34,421 nucleotides of DNA from Perkinsus olseni (GCA_013115125.1 JABANN010000374.1:1-34421), one strand, 5' to 3'. Shown: positions 11,567 through 23,492, counted from the stretch's first letter. Translations and numbers: made by a program. Notes: generated by a model from the letters alone, not told the origin.

Positions 11567-12768
11567 ATGATAATACTATCTCGGCGGCTGTGTGCTAAGG
11601 CTGTTAAAGAGTCTCCCGGCAAGCTTCTCCGGTGGACACCGGCGGACAGGGAGTATCTTTTGCGAGGGTTGGGTCGGATTCGACCTTCTCGTAGGATGCT
11701 TGAGGCAAAGAATAGATTCCAAATTTATGACGAAATTGGTAAGCAGCTCTCCGCCTTCTTTCGTGTGAATGTTGCTGTTGCTGTGAAGCTACTTCCCTCG
11801 GGCGGGGGTCGGCTACATTTGGCAACATCTCTACTCTCGTACACCCTTGGTGTCCTACAAAACAAGTAAGACTCGTCTTCTTGTAGATACGCAGCAGCTG
11901 GCTAAAGTGATCGGAAATTGTCTTGCCAGGGAGCCTGGGGAAATCGTGGTCATTGAAACGGTACGGCAGGAGGGCGCTCGGAGGCCTGGGTCGCTTCGAC
12001 CAGTGTCGCTCTCGCAGTCTAACCCATCTTCGCTGAACCGGGCAGTCCGTGCAGCGGCTATGGTCAGCCAGATGGAGAGATTGTTCCCCTTGGTGCTGCG
12101 GTTCACAGGGCCGCCGGTGGATAAGGAGTCTCGAAGCTGTAGGATTGGCCTCCGTCTTACTGGACGTCTTGTGTGGTACTCAGCCGACGATATTTGGGTG
12201 AGCATGGCCGCGGAGCCTCTCCCAGAGGAAGGCGTGAGTGTGAAGGATCTTCATGTGGCCGCCAAGAGCAGCGTATCAGCGCTGGCTGTGGCCATCACGA
12301 ATATAGTGCATGATGGTGACACGGCGAAGTTGATAGGTGATGATGACCATGCCCTTTCGAGTTGGATGCGGTACCTCAGGTATCGGACCAGAGAACGCGT
12401 TCAAGATGGCGAGGGCGATAGCCATAGCAGCTAACCACTGTAAGAGTCGCTCCCCCCACTGTGATTGTGTATGTCGTTCTCCTCAAGGTACTAACCCGTC
12501 AATCGGCCCGGTGGGGGACTTGCTGTGCCAAGCAAACACAGTAGTGTTGGATCCGACCACTAATGCCGCCCCGAGTCAACGTGAGCGGGTCTCGTTCTGG
12601 TCGTAACGGTTATTGAAATTGCAGCTCATTAGTGGTTGAAGGCTCGGCCACCCGGTCTTCTTCGGTCGGCGGATGAATTCTCTCGTAGGCGGTGGGAAGC
12701 CCTTCTGGGGTCTGCAGTTACTAGTGCGGATACGGTTGAAAAAAAGAAGGAAGAAAGTGCCACTGTGA
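11567..12768 (+). CDS. Double SpoVS-like domain protein, paralogue C, with a presequence-like N-terminus; multi-exon
   Basis: N-terminus MIILSRRLCAKAVK. Domain 1: RFQIYDEI|DTQQLAKVIGNCLAREPGEIVVIET|SNPSSLNRAVRAAAMV..FTGPP. Domain 2: LHVAAKSSVSALAVAITNIVHDGDTAKLI|GIGPENAFKMARAIAIAANH..DLLCQAN. Last exon GGKPFWGLQLLVRIRLKKRRKKVPL*. Confidence 0.78.
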
Positions 12769-12872
12769 CATGCCCAAGTTTCCAGACAAAAGGTCGCCTC
12801 GGGTTTATTGTGAATCTCGCTCGCCCGGTATTATTCTTTTGAAGTGTCTCCTGAGACTGTGAACTCTTAAAG

Positions 12873-14666
12873 ATGTTTTTGCATTCTCGCCAATGTCTCT
12901 CCAGTCCGACCCACTTCAGCCACATTTCTAAGGTGGTCCCTCACTTCTATGTGCCTTACTATGGCGCCAGCAAGATGAGATGGTCGGTGGGGGCCGGCGC
13001 TACAGATCCGTCTCGCATGAACAGTATTCAGTGCCAGCTGTCTCGACAGGTACCCTGTCCTGCCTTACAGAAGGCTGCGCCCGTCTTCACTGCATCACTA
13101 CCCCGAAGTATCCAAGATCACAGGGGAGCGTATCAATTGGTACAGCAAGGATCCGCAATCGGGTGAGGTCCCTCCGTCGGTAGCCTCGCCGCCGGGTTAG
13201 GTCTGATGATAGGCTACGAGGGGGCTAAGATGTTCGGGCCTCACACTATCGAGTTGGATGGTATGCCGATGGGACGGACGCCGGAGTACATGCAGGAACG
13301 ACTGAGGAGATTCTTTTCTAAGTTTGGCGTGGTTAAGATTTGCCGTGCAGTACCCCACGAGCTTGACCCCTACCAATGCCAAGGGAAGGCGTACGTTACC
13401 TTCAGAGACCGGGTAAGTTCATTGGCTAATTTAGAGAGTCCCTGCTGGGGACCCTGCTGGTAACTTCCGGGCTCCTGTGTGAGTCGCCTCGCCTCTTGGT
13501 TGGGCCGGCTCCGGTCGGTGATGGGAGTGGTCGTTGTTCCAGCGGTCGGTGTTTCGAGCTTTGAAGGCTCCTCTGAAGTTTCCTGCATCGCTGCATGATA
13601 AGTTCGTCAGAATGAGGGACTTGGATACCGACAAAAGGTATCTTTATGCTGCACGCGAGCGATAAATCTTCACTGTGCGCGGCGTTTCTGCTAGGAACGA
13701 TCCACTATATCTCGTTAAGTCGGAGCACAACAATCGAGAGCTTGTATCGGTGGCCCGACAGCTTCACCGTGTATTACTGAGTGATGGGCCTCGGCCTCTG
13801 AGCACCGTCTGGCAGGGGGTTACGGAACAGGAGTTCAAAACTGAGCGGGTGAGAACTCCGTCCTGTAGTGAACGGCAAGCGTGAACTGAAAGGGCGCGGG
13901 TTCGATCCCTGCATCCGTCATTTCAGTTGCGAACGGCTAACCATTGCGTGATGCAGCGGTTCGGATCGTGGAAGGACTTCTTAGAGTCAGAAGGAATGAA
14001 CCACATCGTACACTGTGATGGGCGGACGGTCTGGGCTAAGCCTATGACGCCAGTGCGGCTGGAGAAACAAGTAGTAGCACTGAAGGATGGAACCAACAGG
14101 CCAGAAATAATTTTGTGGCGCAGCGACACCATAGCCGGTTGCTATGGACCCATCGACCGTGCATAGAGCTTCGTGCTTGCACGTTCTGATAGTTGGGAAG
14201 GTCTGGCGAGCTGCTGAGCGGCGTGCCGATGGGGACGGGACGCCATCGTTCTCCTGATTTCGATACAGTTACTGCAATTGAGCATCGAGCTGTCGAAGAA
14301 GCTAAAGGCTGAATGTAGTGTACGTTGGAGGCAAGGCCGAGAACATATACCTCTTCCCGAGTAGTGTGGCTCCGATACCAACTTTTTCGTAAATCGTGGG
14401 ATCTCAGACATACTCGGTTCCTGATGCGGAAGTGGGACCACCACGAGAAGCTGGCCTGGTGTCTGCAAACTATGAGCCACAATCACTTCTATCAGCGAGT
14501 GAGCCTCCGCCGAGCACCCGATCTGATGCCATCGGTGCCCTAGGTCTACGATCCGAAACTGATCGCCAAGTGGCGCATAAAAAGGGAACGCAATATGGTC
14601 CGTAACAAAGCTAGGGAAGAGAAGAGATTGGAGTCCCAGCGTATGGCCGCCTTGGAGGCAGCATGA
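12873..14666 (+). CDS. RRM-domain RNA-binding protein with a possible LOTUS/OST-HTH-like domain and presequence-like N-terminus; multi-exon
   Basis: TIELDGMP (RNP2-like), ERLRRFFSKFGVVKICRAV and QGKAYVTF (RNP1) form the RRM. The C-terminus is basic and aromatic, ending VYDPKLIAKWRIKRER...ALEAA*. Confidence 0.8.
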
Positions 14667-14792
14667 AGGTCTGTGTGTTTCCGTCTATGCAGTCGCTGTT
14701 GTGTTGTCAACTCTGGGAATCTTCGCTCTCCTGGTAACACCGCTGGTGCCGCTGTTTGGGACCTATTACAGTTGCTTGTCTTGCCGCTGTTT

Positions 14793-15290
14793 ATGAGAGG
14801 GCCTTCCGAAGCACTTGCCGCCCACTGTAATTCGCCACTGTGTAGTCTAGGGTCGGATTCGAGTCTATTCTTAGTGCTGGAGGAAGCGCCTGTTTCTGTG
14901 GACCGAAGAGAGCTGCGGAAGATCCGCAACAGGAATGTTTGCTTCCCTACGTCCAAGTCACCGGTAGGCCGATTTCTCAGCATCAACTGGTTGGACGATG
15001 AGTTTGTCAGACGAGTCTTACCTACGGCCTTGAGGGCAGTCCTTACCCGGCGGCTGAGTACCCGCTGAGGAGCTACCTTGCCCAGGATAAGAGAAAGCAT
15101 GTGAAAGTGCACAGTGAGCCTCAGTGGAGGTACAAAGTCCCGGGCCCTTGTACGAGCATGGAGGTGAGGAGGGTACGCGTACGAATTGGGAGAGTGATGG
15201 TATTCAGGTCGGGTGGCACTCCCAACCGAGCGAGGCTGATGGACCTACTCGCTTCGCCCTGCGACCGCCCAAGTACCCGATCAACAGTTC
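14793..15290 (+). CDS. Hypothetical multi-exon coding region; a separate gene or the 5' part of the ARM gene
   Basis: Coding-like segments SLFLVLEEAPVSVDRRELRKIRNRN and FLSINWLDDEFVRRVLPTALRAVLTR flanked by candidate splice sites. No family recognised. Confidence 0.35.
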
Positions 15291-15294
15291 AGCC

Positions 15295-17525
15295 ATGACC
15301 AAGTACTACGATAATATGGAGCTGACTAAGTCGTATCATGTGCTGAGGTTTGGACGGTGAAGTCATTCGTGTCGATGTTCAAGAGTGATCGTCTGTTGCG
15401 TTTGAGTGGCTCAACACGACAATGGTTGGAGCTTTTTACTGCGATGACCAACTCGTCTAGCGAGGCGAAGGGAGATGTAGGGCCTGGTCTGAAGGACTTA
15501 TTGGGTAGCATTATCGTGCTATCGGAACGAGAGGTTGTGCTGGGCAGATTCCCTCGAGACAGTGGAAGGCTTGGTCACCTTTGATGAGCAGCTGGAAGGG
15601 ATCGTCTCTGAGATTAATAAGGACTCCTTCAAGTTGGTCATGGAGGCTCTTGCTAAGTGGGTTATTAGCGGCTGGACGCTCTAGCCTATCACCGGGGTGC
15701 TGCCGTTAAACGCAGTCCTTGCTGGTGTTCACAACTGAGTCCTCGAGCGTGACAATCACCGTTTGCCACTGGTGGCTGTGGCAAGCAGCGTCCGATCGGC
15801 CGACGTCGCCGAGAATGCTCCCCATGATTTCCTCAGATTGTTCCGTTCTCTACCGGCGTCAAAGGCCCAGACTGCCAGACAGGACTTCGTAGACTTCGAC
15901 GGCCTACGGCGACTCTATTCGACCTACGTCCTCTTGCTAGCCGAAGAGAGCAGTCAGGAGGCTATGATCGAAGTGGGCATGCCAACAGCTCGACTCTTCT
16001 GTCTACTCTTGCCTTATCAGAACCTCACGACTATATTCTTCCCATCGCTCGAGCCCATCGTCCTAGGCTGCAGAGACGCCCGTGCTCTTGTCGACGAGAG
16101 CGGACTGCTTAAGACCACCAGCGAGCTGTGCAAGTTGGCCATCGCCACCGGTAAGGGAGATGCAGCCGTCTGTAGAGGCATACGCCTTATGGTCACCGGC
16201 TGTGACAATGCCAAGGTGAGAGTCGCTGAAGGCCAACTGCTGTCGAACTCTCGCTTGCAGTGGACAGTCCTGAAGACTGGCTTATTGGACCACATTCTCG
16301 ATCTGCTGCGCCGGCAGTCAGTGGGGGTGCACACAGAGTGAGTAGCGAATGGAGTGGTATGTACGCATGGACATCTTCGCTCAGGCCGGACCTTCAAGTC
16401 CTGCTGTGCATGAAGGCGTTAATCATCGATGATGATAAACTGGCGAAGAACCCTGCGCATGTGTGGGCGCGTGAACTCTGCTGGTAGGGTCCGAGACTCC
16501 TACCGCACCTCGCCCAACTCAACATCTTCAGCGATGAGAATCATCTGACTAATACACGCATAGTGCTACGCAGAATGAAGGACATTGGAGCAAAAGGGAA
16601 CTCACGTATGACAGAGGTCCTCGCCCTGCTACTGAGGGAGTTCTCCAACACTACCGACAAGTAATCGGCCGCCGAATCTGCGTCTGCTGAGCGTTCCTCG
16701 TCGCAGTGCGAAGATTCTGGCGAACCCTGACGGCGACGACTTCCTCTCCTGGGCGGTCGACGTCCTCCATGGCGGCTTCGAAGATCTCACGCCGAGCACT
16801 GAAATGCTGAAGACGATGCGGACGGCGTCCTCGTTCGTTCGCCAGATTGCTTTCATCGATGATTTGAAGGCCGGTAATCCCGTTGTTGAGGCGCGCTGCT
16901 GCAGGCTGTCCTGCCTTGCTCAGTCGTGTGTGGAATTCTTGTCTCGAAAGAGCTGCTACCGCTGATGACCGAGTGGATTGGACATCTGCACGAAGAGGAT
17001 GCGGAGAAGGACGCTAGTGACGTCATTAAGTCTGGAATCGCTGATAACGTCTTCGGGATAATCGCTAACATCACTGTAGGACTTGCAGTGACCAGGGATC
17101 GAACCTGCGCCTCTAATTGCCCTGCGACTTTTGGCAGATGCGACAGCCTGACATCACAGAGAGGCTGAGCGAATCCTTCGACATGGCCTCTCTGATAAAG
17201 CTGTCAATAGCCGCTTACTCAAAGAAGAGTGCGCGGACCGAAAAACAGATCCTACAAGTAAAGCGACACCATTGGGCTGATGTATTCTGACACCTCTAGC
17301 TAGCAGGTTTTGAACAACTTACTAAGAAGCCCAAAGAGCCGTAGCAAATGCATCGAAGGTGCGCTGCTCGACGACGTGGCCTGGCACTGGGCCAATGACT
17401 GGGAGGAGATGAGACTGTACGACAAAAAAACGTCGAAGAGCATCGGATGGGGCGAAGTGTCCGATCTTGCCCGAAGGATATTGATTGAGAGTAGACAAGA
17501 GAGCACGATAATTGAGGGTTCGTAG
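15295..17525 (+). CDS. Armadillo/HEAT-type helical repeat protein (ARMC6-like); multi-exon, start uncertain
   Basis: Amphipathic helical exons: VCRGIRLMVTGCDNAK, VLKTGLLDHILDLLRR, CMKALIIDDDKLAKNPAHVWARELC, FVRQIAFIDDLK, FGIIANIT|MRQPD. The DDD..AH..A and L-R-x-P segments recall ARMC6. Confidence 0.6.
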
Positions 17526-18032
17526 GGTGATGATTATTGAAGTAATACTGTTGTGTTCGGAATACTGCGGATTCTGCCGGGAGGAAAAACATTCCCCTAA
17601 GAACTTCTTTCACGAACTTTCTTTTAACAACTTCTTAGGCTTGACGAGCAGAGCCTATTAAACAGGCTGAACAATTTCCCCTTAGAAAGGTACGTCGGTG
17701 CTAGTCTAAGTCGTACTGTCGGCATTGGACTTTAAACTCACAGAAACTTTAAACTCGCCAAAAAATGTGAGTGTACAAATTTTTTGAAAAGTTCTCCATT
17801 TTTCCTTCAGCAATTTTCCGATCCATTTTGCCTCGACACCACCATTACCTCCCCTCTCTGAATATCTCAATGCAGTTAATGACAAGTGTGCCGAGTAATG
17901 GCTTTACCAGCTCTCAACGATTATTGAGTGCACTGTGAACGCAAATCATGGTTGTATCAACCGGAGTATCGCAGAGGGGCAACCAGTGAAACCGGAAGAA
18001 GAGAAGACTCCATCGTCAGGCCTTTGTTGAGC

Positions 18033-18622
18033 TTAAGAACGAGGCTTCTCCTTCTTCTCCTTGTAGAGGGCAAGGAGAGAGCAACCAGCAACCTTGACGA
18101 CCTTGAAACGGACACCGGGGATATCACCGACGGCGTGGCCACGACGACCGAATCCGGACACGAGCACTTCGTCATTCTCATCGATGAAGTTGAGGCAACC
18201 TATAAGGAAGAAAAGTGGAAGGTGTCTAGTGGTGAGAGCACCCCGGGGCATTACCATCATTGGGGACGAAAGCGGCGATCTTCTTGCCGTTCTTGATGAG
18301 CTGCACACGGCAGCACTTACGAATGGCAGAGTTAGGCTGCTTGGCCTCAATACCCATCTTCTCGACGACAATTCCCTTGGCATGGGAAGAGCCTCCGAAG
18401 GGGTTGGACTTGAAGACAGTTCCGAGGTTGGCCTTCTTGTAGTCCTTATCGGCCCACCTGAACACACAAGACATGCCTCACAGTGCTACCAGCGATACAA
18501 CACGACCGAGCAAAACCAGATGACAGAGTCGGAGCCAGAGCCGTCCCTTATTACAAGTTCTTCCTCCTGGTGTTGCGGAGCTTACGCGCGCAGTTGATTC
18601 CTCTGGGTTTTCCGGATCCCAT
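18033..18622 (-). CDS. RPS23: 40S ribosomal protein S23 (uS12); introns 18458-18554 and 18200-18254
   Basis: Spliced product [129 protein letters not shown]. Confidence 0.98.
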
Positions 18623-18769
18623 GGCGACACTGGTCAAGGTACAGGGTGAGAGGCCTGATGAGAGCCCTAATCGATCAGGCGATCGATAGCCGGATGAAAA
18701 CGCGCGCGCCCGATGGAGTTACCAGCACCCTATCAGGCAACCTGACGACACGCTCTTCGCCGTTCACTT

Positions 18770-21700
18770 AGCAAGGCAAAGCTACCGAATGGATGGACAT
18801 CCGCTCTATCGGCCCACGGCACAACGTAGTGGTGCATCAAGCATCTCCGTGGGGAATATAGCCAACTCTTTAAAATCTGTGAGTACATAGTTTGAACGAT
18901 GACGGTAGGCCACCTCCCGTCAGTGTGGACCGCTGCGTTCTTCATTAATAGCAAACATGTAGGTATCCGAGGGTCGAGAGGCTGCACGAAGTTCCTCGGG
19001 GCCACCTCTGCAGCTGCCGGCTTTTTCACCTGGTGAACACTCAGTGAGCTGAAAGAATCTTTCGAGTGCGGTTCTGTCGGGGTCCATCCCAGTCGCTACC
19101 ATCCTACGGATCAAGCGCGTCGTGGCACTTGCAGAGTAAAACTGGCGAGTCGATGGCGACCAGATTCAGGAGACTAGCTAGGGTACTGATCCCGCACTTC
19201 GGAAGGTGATGGGTCAGGTTAGGTGAAGGCTTCCGATGGGAACGAGGGCTGCGGCTCAACCGGGCTGGACGCCATCGAGAAGCTACTGAATGGTAGCGAC
19301 TGCCGACAGGCCCCATCCGTAGGCTATCATAGGTATCGGCCGTAGTACCCCGGGTAAAGCGCCCAGGAAGGGAAGGGTCGTTGATGGCTCCTACAAAGGG
19401 TTAGTCGTATAGGAATGAACCGGTGCATAGCCGCTCATTAGGGAGTATGGGACCCCTGTTGACCGTAGCATTGGCCTCGTGGACCTCGACAATGCACTGC
19501 AGAGAATAGTGAATGGTAAAAGATCGCAAAAAACGACAAGTAAGAGTAGCAGGAGCCGAGCCCTTAGCCCACGATTGGACTCGATTCTCCTAGGTGGGAC
19601 GAAGCGGCGGCCAGGGCGAAAGGCTACCAATCCTGATAGCTGGCCCGTGGTGTCATGCTACCCCGAGTAAGGATTCGCGCTAGCTTGGCTGGCTGAGCGA
19701 CAAGCTCGCTAGCCAACGGCTAGCATAGGCAGTCGTTTGATGCACTGAAAGTCTTTCTCTCGAGGATGCAGCCAGTCCATACGCACGTCGCACAGCCCTA
19801 CTGACCACAAGCCATCCCAGGCGACTCCAGACAGCGGGCTCACGTCCTCACCGGACTGGAGTGAGAAGGGTATTGATGATATCCATAGGTGGGGCCGTAA
19901 AATGTAGCCTGTTGCCCGGCCGCTCCATCAGAGAGACTCTCATGCGATTGACTCACATACGAGACTGTATGCATGCTATCGAGGGGCCGGAGGCAGCTGA
20001 GGTTGAAAGATCATTAACGGCCTTACTACGGGATCTGCAGAGCAGCAACAGTGAGGTTCAAGATCGCTGCAGGTAGTAAGGCCGAGAATAGCACCGGAAT
20101 CACCGAGTGGTCTATTCACCATCCCCGTTCTTGCTTTTCGGACCTTTACTAGTTTCTGTGCTTCGTACCTGTATCTTTCATCACCCGTGTAACTCTCAAG
20201 TCTACATCGTCCATCAGTCGTATTATCGTAGAACATAAGGATTGCCACTTCCTTCCTGCCATCAGGTCCTTGGCAGAGTTGGCCATTTCAGCTCGAGAGG
20301 AGTCGCAGAGAGTCACGGCTGAGGAGATGCCTCGAGAGCGTGCAAGGCTGAAGGAGCTCGAGGATGAGCTCAGTGTAGTAGGGCAGTCAGGGCACCTTGG
20401 ATGTGCTTTGTCGCTCGCTATTCGGCGATGGTCTTATTTTGAGTTGTGAAAGTTATGGTACGTAGGAACATCACTCCCAGCGATTACAGGAGGTCAATGT
20501 AGCATGGGAAGCGGAGAAGAGGAAAATAGAGTAGCCCGATCGTTATGCTGCGGTCTGGTCACTGGCTATGTAGTGTGCTGGCCGACTGCCTCCAACAGAG
20601 ACTTGCCGAGCTTGGGGTTACCGAGGACGCCCCCACGCCAGGAGGTCCTGACAGTAACGTCCTTGACTCGGCGATACGGTTAAAATTCAGCCAACGGGGG
20701 TAGAGGCGGTTTGGTGGAGGATGGAACCACTGAGAAGCTCTTAAAGGAGAACACGGAATTGAAGTTGGAGGTTGCACGCATGCGCAAATTACATCAGCAT
20801 GCCAACCAAGTGACCCGCAGTTGCCTCAGTTGTAGATGGGGACGGCATCCTGAATATATTGATAGATGCATGTGGAGTCGCAGCTGGAGGTGGCTCTGAT
20901 GTCGTCTATGTTGGCGGATCGGAAGAGAAGCCTTGAGGACAGTGAGGACTTCGCCCGTAGAATGGACGAGACGGCCCGAATGACACGGTAGTAGCGTGCT
21001 GCCAATAGTCGCTGAGAGAGTGGCAGCAGGGAGGAGTTGGAGGCCGTCGCTGCCATCTGCGGACGCCTCAGCAAGACCTTGGACATCGTCGATCGTAACA
21101 TCATCCAACGGGGTCTTTGCACTGATGTTGGTATGCTCCGACGAGGGACTATGGGTAATAGGGGAGGTAGGGAGGCACGCCAACGGCCTAGCCTTGCCTG
21201 ATAGTGATGGTACCGGCAGCAGAGTCGCCTCTTGAGGTGGCAGCGAAGGCTGGGAATAGGTTGGACAACCTCAAGGTTGGTAAAGGGGCTGCTCCGGCAC
21301 CAGCTCACTTGACTGTTGCTGCAAATGGTTCTGCCAAGTCATTCATGACCGCGCGCCACAAATTTATTCCTTAGCCGTCATTGGTATCTAAGTCGCTGAC
21401 CCACAAGTACCTCTCTCAACGCTACACGGACTCCTTCGGCTTCAAGACGGTCGCCCCGGATGATCTTCCTAGGTAGTCCGAGGTGACAGTTCAGCTCTAC
21501 CATGCCCCTGCACTCAGGCCGATGACTGCTGGCAAGGAAGGTAGAAGAAGGGCCGCCGTAGTAGGGCCGCCTGGTGACTGTAGTGGCGTAGGTGGCATCA
21601 CTAAAATAGTGGAAGTGTTCTGCCGAAGGCTCAACGAGAGGCGTGCCAACTCGATAATCGCTTTGCCGGAGCCGTTGCCTTGGATGATCAGGAGGCCCTC

Positions 21701-23492
21701 GATTCAGGAGGTGCGTCTTAGCGCCCTCCTCTCACCCACCCATACGGCGCAGGTCTTCGAAGTACCCTCCCACAGAGAGACCATGAGCTTGGATTTGACC
21801 CGGGACCTTTGTCATCGCCTTATGGACGGCTGGGCTGTTGATGCCCTCGCTGTTGTTGGTGATTTCTCGCAGAAGACTATTGGTTTCCCAGAATTCGCCT
21901 ATCAGTAGTTGACGCACTGCGGTCGCTATTCGGGTCGGCTCGAGCAGGTTCGTCATGTCTGAGCGCATGGAAGGCTCTAGAAGAGAAGCGGATGGATCTC
22001 CCAGTCTCATGGACTACTTTGCAGACATTGAGGTGAGCAGGAAGGGGGTCTGTTGCGGGAGGATTGACACTCAGGGTCATGAGAGAATAGGAGCCGTGAT
22101 AGCAGCTGTGGAGAAATACAGGGAAGGAGACTGGACAATCATGGCTGCTGCGATGATGGTATTTGGGAAAGGAGTGGTATGTATGATCTGCACACATGAA
22201 CAATAAGATACTCGACGAGGTTGACACTGATGCCTGTCTGGCCTATCACTCATGGCGTTATATGATCCACCAAGGCCCTCATAGCCCACCGACAGAGTAC
22301 CTCAACTTGCAGCGTGTTCGACAGTGTAGGCCTTCACGCTCGGCTCCTCCCATTCGCTTCAACAGGCATCTTTTCTGCCCTACCGTTGGCCTCCAGCGAT
22401 CTCCTCGCTGACATCTTCGACGTTCTCTCGGGCATCAGTGCGATCTATAATGATAAGGATAAGTTCCCTGCTGGGATGCTATTACGGCTGTTGATGGAAG
22501 AGTACCTGGTGAGCCCTTGATGGGTGTAGTAGTGGTCGGAACGATGCTCTCGGCCTGAGGTGGAGCGCCACGAGCGAATGGTCAGCCTGGTCGCCATGGC
22601 CGATGTATCGCTCGGAGTGGCCCAGACGAAGTCCCTCACGGTTGGTCAAGTAGGAGTTCTGGTAGGGTCATCGTTGAGAAACAGCAAGATTTTACAAGAT
22701 CGCAAGTCAGGTTCGTACCTTCTTTCCTTCGTGTCCTATGGGACATACCGGAACGGCCCTCTTCCTATCGAGAGAGGCCATGCGTATCCACCCAGAAGGT
22801 TTGGTCGACGCGTACAGCCTTCGGGTCGCGGTAAGGGCCTGAGAAAAGCGCGCGCCCGCTTTGTCAACTACCGCTGGATTACTCTAGGTCGAAGAGGCCA
22901 ACCTTATGTGTCACCAGCTAGTGGTACATCTCCTCGTACCCGGTCGAGCATGTACGTTCCATGTGGATGCCCTGGTCAGAGAGTGTGTGGCAGGCTCAGC
23001 GATGGTAGCAGAGAAGTTGGAGGAGCTGAGAGCAGTTGTTGGAAGGGCACTAGAGAACACTAGTTCCATGGCTGATACCTCCTATTTGGCCCTTCTATCT
23101 TCTACTACTGCTATCAACAAGATAATCACGTAGGAGGGGATTGTTGATCATATCTACTGGTACCACTCCATCCAGGCATCGTGATAGTGACACGCCTCTG
23201 TGTGGTAGCCTACAACAGTTGCTCAAGCTATACGCGGAAAGCATGGTAGCGATAACGCAGACGGCCTTGTATCTCAACGGCAAGTAAGAGGACCTCGACG
23301 GTTGGTTCACCTCGTCCGGACCGGCCTTTCAGGGGTACGCCGGAGCCTGGTCTGATGGGGTCAGTGGATACTAAGGTGATGACGGCGTAGGCGAGCTGAG
23401 GGCAACGTACGGGGTAGGTACTGGGGATCACGAAGGCAACCCTCGAGACCATGTTGGGTGTCATGAAACGCTTTCTTAACGACACATTGTGA
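18770..23492 (+). CDS. Long multi-exon hypothetical coding region (one or two genes) with a coiled-coil middle and helical C-terminal part
   Basis: A chain of GT-AG-bounded coding-like exons, e.g. AEVERSLTALLRDLQSSNSEVQ, EKLLKENTELKLEVARMRKLHQ, LLADIFDVLSGISAIY, AEKLEELRAVVGRALE, ending TMLGVMKRFLNDTL*. Gene boundaries are uncertain. Confidence 0.5.

Noticed and set aside
8539-12768. Bacterial contamination as the source of the SpoVS-like sequences
   Set aside because: The genes contain shared spliceosomal introns and are flanked by clearly eukaryotic genes.
13855-13920. Functional tRNA gene
   Set aside because: No acceptor stem or full anticodon arm. Kept only as a low-interest tRNA-like fragment.
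14546-15112. 188-aa minus-strand ORF
   Set aside because: It overlaps + strand exons, has no recognisable motif and is Arg/Ser-rich like a shadow ORF.
17928-18597. + strand ORFs of 122 and 167 aa
   Set aside because: They are antisense shadows of RPS23.
18733-19630. Minus-strand multi-exon gene
   Set aside because: I could not assemble a consistent frame, and the + strand exons look more coding. Not fully excluded.
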